From Neophaeotheca triangularis (lineage: Eukaryota), in contig BAAIJX010000074.1 of the NCBI GenBank assembly GCA_054600435.1, positions 1 through 64,000 of the forward strand: DNA of 64,000 bases. The letters are read 5' to 3'. The notes beneath the pieces were generated by a model, which searched no databases, was not told the DNA's origin, and saw only the letters and a list, made by a program, of their open reading frames with translations. Shown here piece by piece: positions 23,161 to 34,023 of the stretch; the stretch's first letter is position 1, and every line of letters begins with the position of its first letter. The position numbers were made by a program, and so were the translations under genes.

Positions 23161-24170
23161 CTGTCTGCGGGTGGTGTGGTGGGGTGGACGAGGTGGTTGG
23201 GAGATGCTGCGACAGGACGTGAGTGACGGGTGTGCAGGCGCTTCTGGATTACTTCTTGTTCAAGGCAGATGAACTCGTTTTCGAGCCAGTCTGCTACGTT
23301 GGTCTATTCCCACAGCACGGTGGTCGCTCGAAAGTTGGTACAAGCCTGGGCACTCTCCATCTCATTCGCAAACGGTCTGTAGGGGGCCTGGATGATAGGG
23401 CGACCATGAATTATCATCAAGCCGCCAATATCCCAGCGCCCTTGAACATGATAACCGTCAATTGAGACGAGACAAATATCTCTCCAAATCAATGTCGATA
23501 TGACGCTTTCGAGTTCGACAATCATCAGAGCAGGCAGCAAAAAGCAGTTGCGACTTGCACGTATTCACAAAATCATCATACGCGCCGAGCAACATAGTAG
23601 CCCGACAGCAATGCTTGCCACGCTAGGTCTAGCCGCCTTCGACCTCGTGGTCGAGGGCATTCGAACTTAACTCTCAAGCCTGCTCTGGGCTCGACCGTGC
23701 CGGCTATCTAGATATTGGCCTTTCCTCTTCCTGTCTGGTTCGCGTTTTTCACCTTCATCCGTTCGCTATTATTTTCTCTCCTCAAGCACCTTTTAAGACC
23801 CGAGCTCTGTTACGGCATTAACTCTTGACCAGGATTTAAGATTGCAGGGCACTCCTCTCACAAGCATTCGATACGTCTTAAGTCGGCCCAGCGAGTGGGA
23901 AGGTGTCGTGCTCTTGAAATTATTAAGTATTAACATGGCAATTTGCTCCAGCTGCAGCACAATAGCTCCATCCAATCGAGCCACATACGAGCAGCTCAAG
24001 GGGACAGAGGCAAGAAAAACGAAGAAGAGTCACACATGAAGGTAGATGCAATACCAACAACCAACCCGAAGAAAAAAAAAAGATCAACCAACGCACGTGA
24101 AAAATTCGTATCCCCAACACCCCAACCCTTCCCCTTTCCCTCCTCACCAAGCCCTCGAAACCCCCCAACT

Positions 24171-24757
24171 CTATAGCTTGGCCTTATCCTGCGCCTTCTT
24201 CAAAATCGGCTCCAGCTTGGTAGCCTTCATAACATCCCCCTTGACCTTGAGCTTCCCACTCATAAACAACTTCTGCGCATTCGCCTTCCCGGAGACCAAC
24301 TTAGCGAAATCAACATCACTCAGGATGAGCGTCACTACCGCCACCGCGAGTGTCTTGTCAGCAAAACCGCACCATTATGCATCCATCCACGCACCCCTTC
24401 AAGCCTAGTATAGCATAGCAGGAAGTAAAAGCAAGGGATGTCTAGGACATACCGACTTTGCCGGCACTGCCCTCGGGCGCGCCCCCCTTGCCGACTTTCC
24501 CCGTCGAGGCGGCGTCGATGTGCCAGCTTGCTTGTTCGTCCTTGTCGTTTTTGAGGGTGAAGACGAAGATGGTGCCGCCGCCTTTTTTGAGGACGTCTTT
24601 GCGTTCGGCTTCCGAGGAAAGGGCGGAGGAGAGGAGGTCGAAGGCTGCGGAGGAGGGCCAGGCGTCTGTTGGGGAGGGAGGGTGGGTGGTTAGTTGGGGG
24701 GTTGGGGTTTTGTTTGGGTGTTGGGAGGGGAGTCGGCTTGCCTTCTTTGAGGGACAT
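24171..24757 (-). CDS. SCP2 sterol-carrier / fatty-acid-binding peroxisomal protein (POX18-like)
   Basis: Spliced product [15 protein letters not shown]...[37 protein letters not shown] with PTS1 AKL. Introns 24741-24666 (GC-AG) and 24452-24335. Confidence 0.92.
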
Positions 24758-25015
24758 GGTTGGGGTTGGGGTCGGTGTTTGGGGTGTTGGATGGGGATTG
24801 CTTGGTTGGTTGTCAAGAGGCTGTGGTGGAGTTTCTAGGTGTTGATGGATGTGTGAGGAAAGGGAAACAATATGCTGTCGTGATATGTGAGTTAAGTAGG
24901 AGGTATGTATGTAGCCATCATCTCATCTCCCTTCCCCAGACTTCGCGACAGAGAGCAGCCGAGGTAGGCATCGACAGACGCATGTGAAAGACATTGCCAG
25001 CCCACGTGATAAGTC

Positions 25016-25116
25016 TGCTCTTTCTTGGCGCCGTATACATTCCGTCATCTAGGGCTTTATTAGAGCAATTGAAGAATACCTTACCTAGGTAGGTAGGTAG
25101 GTATTAAGTAGGAATC
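25016..25116 (+). repeat. Left direct repeat of the two-gene cassette
   Basis: tgctctttcttggcgccgtatacattccgtcatct...agagcaattgaagaatacctt...gtaggaatc matches 29126-29214. Confidence 0.92.
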
Positions 25117-25300
25117 TAGGTACCTATGTGTTGTATAATATGTGATCAAAGTACGAAGGTGCGTAGTCGCCTCTTGAACCCGATCAAAGCTCTGTCTACG
25201 TTTTGTACACTACTTAGATTTACTGTAGGCCTACTTCTGATCGGACGTGGAAACTGACTGCAACTTTCCGAAAGGCCATTCGATCAGGTGCAGCGACGCC

Positions 25301-27623
25301 ATGGGACTGCTACAGATGCCACCTGAGCTAGTAGCACTCATCTTGAACCAATTACTTCTCGAAGATGGAATTCGTTCTTGTACTCGGCTAAGAGTTGTGT
25401 GCCGTAAGACCTGACCTTAGTTACGCTTACTACGGTCCGCCCATAACTGATATCCCCCCTAGACAGTTTCGATGACTTGATCTCTGAGGCCATCTACGGC
25501 CTGCCGACATTCCAAGGGCTGAGTGACGTTAGCCCAGCTCACTTGACCTGGGATGTCAATATGAGCAAGCCCATGGTTGCAAGCCTGATCCACTCCAAGC
25601 TGAAAGCAGAACCCGAGCAGCGTCCACTGACCAAGGAGCTTGCGCATACCGTGCGCTTCGCCGAATCAGTCTTCGGGCCCGGGCAGACGACACACTTCAC
25701 CAATACTCTTGTCCAATTGGCAGCGAATCATCTTCCATTGTACGAAATCATCGATGGTCTATCGTGGAGCTCGACCGCTACAGACTCCCACTTCACCGTG
25801 CTCGAGAACACTCTAGCAGTTGCCCTCTATTTAGATCGGCCCTCCCATGTCGAAACTCTCATCAAGCTTGGAGCCAAAGCGCAAGTACGGACTATGTCGT
25901 TCGGCGACCCACTTACACATGCAGCATGTCACGGACAGTTGCCAACATATCTACTCATCCTCGGCGTCTCCATGGCCACGGACAACGAAACTATTAGACG
26001 CCTAGTCAGCTCACGCCACGTCCTCGCCCTACGACAAGCCGCTGTGTTCGGTAGAGCAGATCTGTTTTGCAGAGACCTGTATACTTCCATGGAGCACATG
26101 TACGCTTACTACGGAGTTATTGGAGTCTACGAGCCTATCATAAAGGCAGCGACCCTAGCTTCTCGTGTCGAGGTCGTGTTTGCGGTATTCAGGATGCTTG
26201 ATGGGCAGAATGCAGATATCCTGAACGTATTTGGCGAGGAGTTCTGGGTCGAAACTTTGAGATTGGCTTCTTCAAACAACCTCGGATCTGTCGTAGGCTT
26301 CATTCTTAGCCGCACGAGTATCTTGAGCCGTCATGGAAGTTTGAATTTTCCAACAGAAGACGCAAGCAGGTCCGGGCACTTGTCGGTCCTGGCTCTACTA
26401 ATTGCCAATCATTCGGAAGACAATTTGACGTCGTGGGGGGGCATAGTATATTGGTTGGCGCGTGGGGCCCATTACGACGCTCTGTCGTCTCTACTCGCGG
26501 ACCCAAAAGGAGCTAGGCCTTCACTTGTACGAGACGCATTGTCTGGTGCATCATCACATGGTGCCCGTGGCATGATCGCCATTCTTCGAATTGTAGGCGA
26601 AGACCTGGGGAAGGACTTCAGCGGGCTTGGTAGTGAGATTTTCTCCGAGGTCATCGACAGCATCACCTGCGCCAGTTGCGACGATGTGCAAGAATCAGGG
26701 GTCACGACCACGGCGTCAGCGGGAACTCCAGCACAGCCGTATGAAGGCGACATTTTTCAAGATCTAACGCCCCCAGAAGACATCGAGTTAGCAGGCGCGT
26801 GCGCAAGAGGAAACTTCCCAGTCGTCCGACGCATCGTCGCAAAGCACGCCGATCAACGCCCACCTCTGCACAGTGTTTCCACAAGCTGTTTCATGGAGTG
26901 CATAAAGCACAACCGCCCTGGTATCCTTCAATATCTATGCGAGAAAGTTCCTGAAAGTGCACGATATCTACGCATCGATATGCGCGGGGTCCTATCAACA
27001 GCCACTTTGCAGGTGCTCCTCGACCATGGGTGGGATATAAACCAACCTCTAAGCCGGACGAAGCCCCCAGTTCTCGGGTATGTACGATCAATGTAGTGAC
27101 CATCGTTAGCGACTCTGTACTTACGCTGCCCAGATACATAGCAAGAAGTGAGGAGCTTACCCGTTGGTTCCTAGACCACGGTGCCGATCCTAATGCTAGA
27201 TGCGACTGGGATCTCACCCCACTCTCTGTCGCTATAGGCGAGGGGTCTCTAAGCGCCATCTATCTCATGATACAGTACGGTGGAGATACGCGAAAGGGGC
27301 AATTGCTTCACTTCGTCTCGGAGAGAAGTAGCCCAGATCAACTCGCGCTCATGGATCATCTGATTGCATCTGGCGCTTCTGTCAACGCCCGCATGTTCGA
27401 GACAGACAAGCAATCATGGTTGGAAAACCATGCGTTCGGAATGGGAACATCACTTCACAAGGCTGCTGAGATCGGAAAAGTGGAAGTGGTGAAATACCTC
27501 ATCGGACAAGGTTCGGATCACTGCTTACTTGACTCGGTGGGAAGAACAGCGTTTGACCTGGCTGTGGCCAGAGGCTTCACCACCATCGCTAGGATCCTCG
27601 AGGAAAGGTCTCATGTTGAATGA
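25301..27623 (+). CDS. F-box-like + ankyrin-repeat protein
   Basis: Exon 1 MGLLQMPPELVALILNQLL...LRVVC (F-box-like). Introns 25404-25462 and 27078-27133 join ORFs 25477.. and 27030.. in frame. Ankyrin motifs GDPLTHAACHG, LLDHGWDIN, TPLSVA and GTSLHKAAEIGKVEVVKYLI. Confidence 0.88.
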
Positions 27624-27660
27624 GAAAGTGTTACGTAAAGAATTCTCGTCGCTGTGCCAT

Positions 27661-28521
27661 TCAAGCCGAATACCATCTCGATCCGTCCCACAACCGTCGC
27701 CCTTCATAAACTCTGTTTTGACCATACACATGTATCCATTCACTGGTCGGAGGAGCTGCCGTTTGCTGTAAGATTCTCCTGCTGCTGTCGAGCTGTGTGT
27801 AGCCCATCCCTCCAATTCCATTTGGCCGACCTATCCAGAAATCCGCGTTTTGTACTCCGGTTCCAGATTGCGGTTGACTGGCTTGCGATAGACTGGCTTG
27901 CGATAGACTGGCTTGCGATGGACTGGCTTGCGATGGGTCGGATTCCGATGGGCTGGCCTGGGTAGATAACGCGTTCGGCGTGATGACTTGATCCTCGAGG
28001 TATACCATCGGAGTGTTGTTCCGTTTGACAACCCACACAGTACCCTCAGCCCGGTTGACATCGATCAGACTTTGAGCGGAACGTTCGTAGCCGACGTCCC
28101 GGACGATAGGTAACCCTAGAGCGTCAAGTCGCTGCCGAAAGATGGTAGCCTGCTCTGGTGATGTTGGCGTCGATCGGAACGTTGCAAAGATGACATATGC
28201 GTTGGTGCTGCTCGAGAAAAGTCTCTGATCCTGCAGATACAAACGCTCCATTTCGCTCATCTTCTCTTGCGCTAAAAGCGTGAAGGAGTTTGGGTCCTGG
28301 GAGCCAAGAATGTTGGGACCGATGTGTGCGACCACGGCTGCGAGATCAGAGACCACGACCACGACGGTGCAAGCACTCAGACCGCTCACCCCAAGTGAAG
28401 CCGGGCGGCCAGCGACGGGAGTACCGAACACCAAACTCTTGACCTCGTTGATTCCGACGAGCTCAACCAACCCACGGTCCATAGCCTGGGCTAGAAGCCC
28501 TTTCTTCGCAGGAACGCTCAT
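27661..28521 (-). CDS. Putative CNF1/CheD/YfiH-fold Cys-His hydrolase (protein deamidase-like)
   Basis: 286-aa intronless ORF. Motif GVSGLSACTVVVVVSDLAAVVAHI resembles the LSGC...H catalytic signature. Low-complexity SQAS linker, then a short Trp-rich C-terminal domain. Confidence 0.7.
   Translation of the reverse strand: MSVPAKKGLLAQAMDRGLVELVGINEVKSLVFGTPVAGRPASLGVSGLSACTVVVVVSDLAAVVAHIGPNILGSQDPNSFTLLAQEKMSEMERLYLQDQRLFSSSTNAYVIFATFRSTPTSPEQATIFRQRLDALGLPIVRDVGYERSAQSLIDVNRAEGTVWVVKRNNTPMVYLEDQVITPNALSTQASPSESDPSQASPSQASLSQASLSQASQPQSGTGVQNADFWIGRPNGIGGMGYTQLDSSRRILQQTAAPPTSEWIHVYGQNRVYEGRRLWDGSRWYSA
27876..27935. repeat. 15-bp coding tandem repeat (gactggcttgcgatR x4), encoding SQAS(P/L)
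   Basis: Directly visible in the sequence. Confidence 0.9.
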
Positions 28522-29125
28522 AGCTTTAAGTTTCTGTTCTCGAGTTAGATGATGAATGGAACGAGTGGGATGATGGCATGTAGATGGTAGTAGTGACGCG
28601 AGTGCAGATATATGACAGTTTAGGCCCCCTTCCCCTTCCCTAGCCCCTGCTCCTACCGACGAACCCTATGCATTACGATGCCTAAGCTCTAAACGCCCAT
28701 CTACGTTGCGTGCGAAAGGGCAAAATCTAGAAGTGACCGATCGTTCTCGCAGAACGCTGGAGGGCGGCAAGTCGATGCAGCCGAGTGCTTTCGAAACGAC
28801 TCTGTTGAGCAAGGGCCAGGACCAGATCATACTATTGGGTGCCACTACGGCGCTGTATGCAGTTTGCAGCTACGGCTCGAGTATCGCTTAACATGATGTG
28901 ATTAGCTGACATCCTGCCTACCTGCAGCCTCAGATCATTGTGCACGGGAACAACGAAAGCGACCTTCCAGTCTGAACTTACCGTCTCAGACTATACTCGC
29001 ACATGTGAGGTCGGCGTGACAGCACCTGCCAAGTGCCGACCTACGCCTTCCTGGGAATAGCTCTCCACCCGGGCAAGCGAGCGTTTGGTGACATTGGATA
29101 TTCTCACTGACTTTATCAATCGCTT

Positions 29126-29214
29126 TGCTCTTTCTTGGCGCCGTATACACTCCGTCATCTGGGGCTCTAGAGCAATTGAAGAATACCTTCGTAGGTAGGT
29201 ATTGAGTAGGAACC
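29126..29214 (+). repeat. Right direct repeat of the two-gene cassette
   Basis: Matches 25016-25116 apart from transitions and small indels in the aggt tract. Confidence 0.92.
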
Positions 29215-29810
29215 CACGGGCAACACGGGCGTAACGTTACTCTTCAGAGCGACCGACTCCAACAAGAGCTACACCCGGAGACCCGTACGATAAAATCTAC
29301 CACGACGTTCGAAAAGCTGCCAAGTACATACTGTACCAAAAGCCAAGCGCAGCCTTACACGGATATACGTACCTCCAGTGAGTAGTATCTAGCCGATGTC
29401 AAATGGAGCATGTGATCACCGACCACGAGACTGAACCCCAGATGCACGCACCCCCGAGAAAAAGACATTTCCATCCAGTCGGGGTTGCAACAGCGCAATG
29501 AGGTGGTAAATACACAAGCAGCTAAAATTTCAGAATTATTCCTCTATATTATTAAAGCTAAGCGTCAAGTCGTAATCTATAGTAGTCCCAATAATCCCAG
29601 CCGTCACAAGCAAGCAAGCCGGCCGAAACACCTCGCTGGAAAAAGCAAAGAGAAAGAAATATTACATGTGGGTATCCTCGGTCGCTCGCTCGCGCAAACA
29701 AAACAATTTCCCGCTCAAAGCGAAGCAATAAGGAGCAGGAAAAAAAGGAATCCGAAAGCGCTTCGGCGTCCTCCACCGAAAGTCGTCCTCGAGTCGTCCG
29801 CTCGCTAATT

Positions 29811-31427
29811 TCAATACACGGGCACGCTCTGTCCACCCAGGTGCCCACTGGGCGCGAAGAAAGAGTAGCCCGGTGGTGCTTCGCCGTCCGCGGGTAGAGG
29901 GACCGTCTGCTGCTGGCCGATGTTGCTGCGGCCGATGAAGTCGGGCGAGGGCGGACTGAAGCGCCTGGCTTCGAAGACGTCGGCCTCTTCTTCGTGGTCG
30001 AGTTGATTTTCGTTTGGCAGGGAAACAATGGAGCTGCGGCGGGAGAGAGAGGCTGGGTGCGCGGCACTAATTTGCACGGGAACTTTGAGGTCGATGTTCT
30101 TCATGCCGGCGTTGGGGATGTTGAGGCTGAGGCTGATGCAGTAGATGCGGCTGATGAGGCAGGTGTGGAAGGTGGGGACGAAGGTCTTGTGGCTCGGGAG
30201 AGTGATGGGGACGAGCAAGCGCGCAGTGTAGTAGGTCTTGCCTTTGTACGCTTCGCTTGGCGAGGGCGTGAAGCCGGTGCTGCACTTGGAGGTCATGGAG
30301 GTGGCGGAGTCCCTGCGCTCGGCGGTGTCGACTTCATCGTCGGCCGCGTCATGCTTGCACCATTCGGCAGCTGCCATGTAGCGGGACGACAGGCTGAGGG
30401 TCTCGGTGTGGATGCCTTGGGTGGTGTCCATTAACGGCGCGGCCTTGGATGGGAAGTCCTTTCTGGTACTGCTGGCGTAGAATGTAGTCACTTTGAGTTT
30501 GGATGCAAGAGCTCCAAGCTTGGGAGGTTTTGAAAATTCATCAGCTGGGTCGAAGCGGAGCATGATCGTGGCAAGTGTGGTGACTTGATCGTCGCCTTCG
30601 CTTGTTGCTTCAGATGAGCTTCGGGGAACGGGCAGGGTGAAGGACTTTGGTTGCTGCGCTTCCATGGTGATGCGACCCAGCTTGTTCTTCAGGAGACCCT
30701 TCTTGACCGACTTCTCCTTGCGCATTACATAGTCATTGTCCGGCCCATCAACGTTGACGGGAGGTTGCTCGGCAGTGGCTGGGATGACACGGACCCTTTT
30801 CGCCTTGGTGGCGATGTTCGTTTTGATATTGCCCTCGTCGCTAGGCTTGTTGCGAATGAGTTTGGCAAAGATACCGTAACGCACGCTCGCCATGTCAGGG
30901 GCCATGTCGTCTTGAAGCTCTTGCGACTCGATAAGTTCTTTGTCGCCGAGGCTAGGCGGGAGCTGCAGATGCGCGTCCCTGACCGCCGGGCTCTTGACGC
31001 TGTGCTTGCAAATCTTGAGAAGCATCTGCTCTGGCACGGCGAAGATGAATGGAAATGTATAAGTCTTGCCGGCCTTGAGAAGCATATTCTCCGGGTAGTG
31101 GAACTGCAGGTTGGGCTGCGACAGTTTCAGAAACTGGTGGAAAGCCTCTGAGCGACCACTGACGGCAGATGCTGTGGAAAGTCTCTCAACAAACGTCCTG
31201 GAAGTGCCAATGAACTCGATTTCGATTTGGTCAAAATAACAGTCGACAGGCGAAGTGATGGAGACGTGGCCGTCAAGCTGGTCCATTGTCGTGTAGACAT
31301 TCTTGTTGCTCCGCAGCTCAATGCTGACCGAAGGCTTCTGGTTCTGCATCAGGTTCTTAAGTTTGGCGGGCATTATTGCGGCGTTTTCGCTGGACCTGCG
31401 GTCTTCGTAACTGGCGTGGGAAGGCAT
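29811..31427 (-). CDS. Arrestin-like / Bul1-like ubiquitin-ligase adaptor
   Basis: 538 aa; arrestin-N-like start (VYTTMDQLDGHV...YTFPFIFAVP...LPPSLG), FVPTFHTCLISRIY, and C-terminal PPGY (PPxY). The ATG reads on the minus strand (ggcat at 31423-31427 on +). Confidence 0.88.
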   Translation of the reverse strand: MPSHASYEDRRSSENAAIMPAKLKNLMQNQKPSVSIELRSNKNVYTTMDQLDGHVSITSPVDCYFDQIEIEFIGTSRTFVERLSTASAVSGRSEAFHQFLKLSQPNLQFHYPENMLLKAGKTYTFPFIFAVPEQMLLKICKHSVKSPAVRDAHLQLPPSLGDKELIESQELQDDMAPDMASVRYGIFAKLIRNKPSDEGNIKTNIATKAKRVRVIPATAEQPPVNVDGPDNDYVMRKEKSVKKGLLKNKLGRITMEAQQPKSFTLPVPRSSSEATSEGDDQVTTLATIMLRFDPADEFSKPPKLGALASKLKVTTFYASSTRKDFPSKAAPLMDTTQGIHTETLSLSSRYMAAAEWCKHDAADDEVDTAERRDSATSMTSKCSTGFTPSPSEAYKGKTYYTARLLVPITLPSHKTFVPTFHTCLISRIYCISLSLNIPNAGMKNIDLKVPVQISAAHPASLSRRSSIVSLPNENQLDHEEEADVFEARRFSPPSPDFIGRSNIGQQQTVPLPADGEAPPGYSFFAPSGHLGGQSVPVY

Positions 31428-34023
31428 TGTTATATAATAACAGCAGCGGCTGCCCGCTCGTCGTTGTTTGGGCGCGATGAGGTCACCAGGTCTCGGTATT
31501 CTTGTGTTGTCTTGAGGTCAAGCCAATGTACTCGAACTGGCCAATGGAACGCCTGCCTGTATTTGCGGGGAGAGCAGCAGATGGCTTGGACAGCCAGCAG
31601 TGGCGTCCGAATTCAGATGATGGCCGTCAGAGTGTACGTAGGCGGCAGAGGGGAAGCTGGCTATTGTACCCGAAGTCGTCTTGGTATGGCTACGACCAAG
31701 AAGTAGAAGGGATGTATAAAATTGGTAGGAGAGGCGAAGTGGGTGAAGGGGGGGGGATGATGTGATGAGAGGAAGCGACCGTCTCGTCTTCTGTAGTACT
31801 TACGCCTCAATATATATACTCTCGGCAGTCACCCACAAGGCGCGCAATGTTGTTGCAATAGTATGGGGGGGTGATGGAGTCGTGATGGTTACTTGCAAGT
31901 TGCCACGATGGTATTTTGGATGTTTCGGGGCAATAATGTTACTGTTGAGTCGCTTGAGGTGGTCAACACGACGTCGGACTCCATCCGAATCGGACCTGGG
32001 GAAGATCCGTGCCAGTTGGCCCTATACCGTCCTGTGGGCTGCTATACCAAGCACAAGGCATGCACTTCCCCATCACCCACAATCCGGCCCTGCCTCTACC
32101 ATCTCTCCCGCCCATGTCAATCTCCCAATCTCAGTGTTTCTTGTGCAGCTTTTACTGCTTACCAGCGATGTCGTTCACGCTCACATATGCTGCCAAAAGC
32201 TGCCCTTGGACGGGCGTCGACGAGGCCTTTGCAGGCTTTGACGCGCGGGAACTCGGCCGGCGGTGGATTGGTGCCATCACTTTCACGTCGCTGCTTACCC
32301 AACATTAATGAGAAGAACCCAACACCAACACCGCACCAGTCTTGGTCAGGAAGTCGAATCCCACACGACCTCGTCCAGACCTCCAGACCCATTTCTTCTT
32401 GTTCTTTTCTTCCCATACCCCCAATAAAACTTACAACGTTCTACTAATTCAACTTACCTGCCGTCGGCATCTCGCCACCACCATCGTCGCGGAAGCAACC
32501 GACTAGTACTACTACTGAGAGATCGTCCTTGTGGCCTTTTCCTTCTACAAATCATTCTAAAAGCACATTGACATGTGAAAGCGTCCCTACGCCGTCTGCG
32601 AGGCACAGCGGTACGTACACTTCGATAGGAGTTGCGCAACCAAAGTATACATGAACGTTTATTCTACTCTACGACCTCAACATCTCCCCGGCTTGCGTGT
32701 TGCCTTGTCCTTCACCTAGCAATCATCATTATTGTTTGCCACTTGCCGGCACTCAGATACCACCACTCAACTCCGTGTGTGCTATTGAAAATGTTCTCGA
32801 CTCGTCCACCACTACTCTCCACCATCTCCGGACAGAGCCTGGGATACAAAGTCCCGGTTCGGCATACAAAAAGCAAGGAGCCTTGTGGACATACATGGTA
32901 GCACCGAGGCCGACGTGAGCCGAACGGCCACCACCAACGGCATTCGCCCCGTCTTCATATAACTTTGCTTGTTGGTGGGGAACGATTACAGTATGAAAAT
33001 TCCTTTTCTCCCGTCGGGAGTTTCGACTCTGGGGACGCCAGCAGCCTCTCGTAGCCGGCATGTGGGCACGTGTTTGGATCTCTGGAGTTGTCTCCATATG
33101 TGGCTAGTGTATATTAAAAGAAGAAGAATAAAAGAAAAAAAAAGAAACAGCCCGGATACGGAGTTCGTGACAATGGTGATGCCAAGTTCACAACCCTAAT
33201 CAGGAGACTTATCTTGAGATGTACATAAAGGTCGGGGCATTACACCCACAGCCGATGTCGGCGAGGTCGCCATAATGGTTTTGTTTAGACTACACGTCTC
33301 GGACCTCGTCTGCTTTTATAGCTGTCTCGCCTGTATGTTGGTCGCACACATGCCTTTCGTTTGCGCGGCTGCTGGTTACCGGGAGCGAACACGGTGTCTT
33401 TGTTCGTCAACAGGCTGGTGTTGCAACGCGGCCAAGCGGAAGCAACATCTAGTCTAGTAGGTAGGTAGGTAGGTAGGCACCACTGTCTCCCCGTACTTAA
33501 TCTCTCCAACTCCCTAGTAACGGGCAGGAGGTAACGTCTGCCTTGTCAGGCGGAGTGGGATCTGTTTCCGGGGTCAGGTGGGTGAAGTGCGGCATGGGTC
33601 TGTTATTTACCTTGATATTTGCAACGGCCACTTGAGTTCCAAACTCTCTTGCTATCATTAGTCTGATCCTCGTACTCACTCCCAGCAGATTCAGGACGAA
33701 ACGACACGACGAGATAGAGACGTAGCTGCATCGCAGAATGATGAATTGCTAAAAGAAAAGGCGCATGCGGCCAGACCACTACAACAACAACAACAACAAC
33801 AAGTACAGCAGCCACGCTCATGCGCAGACATTGTTGATAAGAACTCCATCCCTTGCTTGAACAACCCTCACAACACCACCTCATCCGCGGTACAATAAAA
33901 TCCCGCAGCAGCATCTCATCCGCGCGAAAAAGATTCGCAACACGAGTCCGAAAGGAACAAACGGAAAGGGGTGGTGGTTTGGTGTAGCGCAATCATTCGA
34001 TCTGGACCGGACCAATGTTGCGT

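Noticed and set aside
23560..24040. Possible ncRNA or small gene between the F-box and SCP2 genes
   Set aside because: No recognisable tRNA/snoRNA boxes or protein motif; an Infernal/Rfam search would be needed.
29994..31151. Plus-strand ORFs (29994..30434, 30651..31151) as separate genes
   Set aside because: They are antisense shadows of the arrestin-like CDS, whose MPSHASYEDRR start reads on the minus strand.
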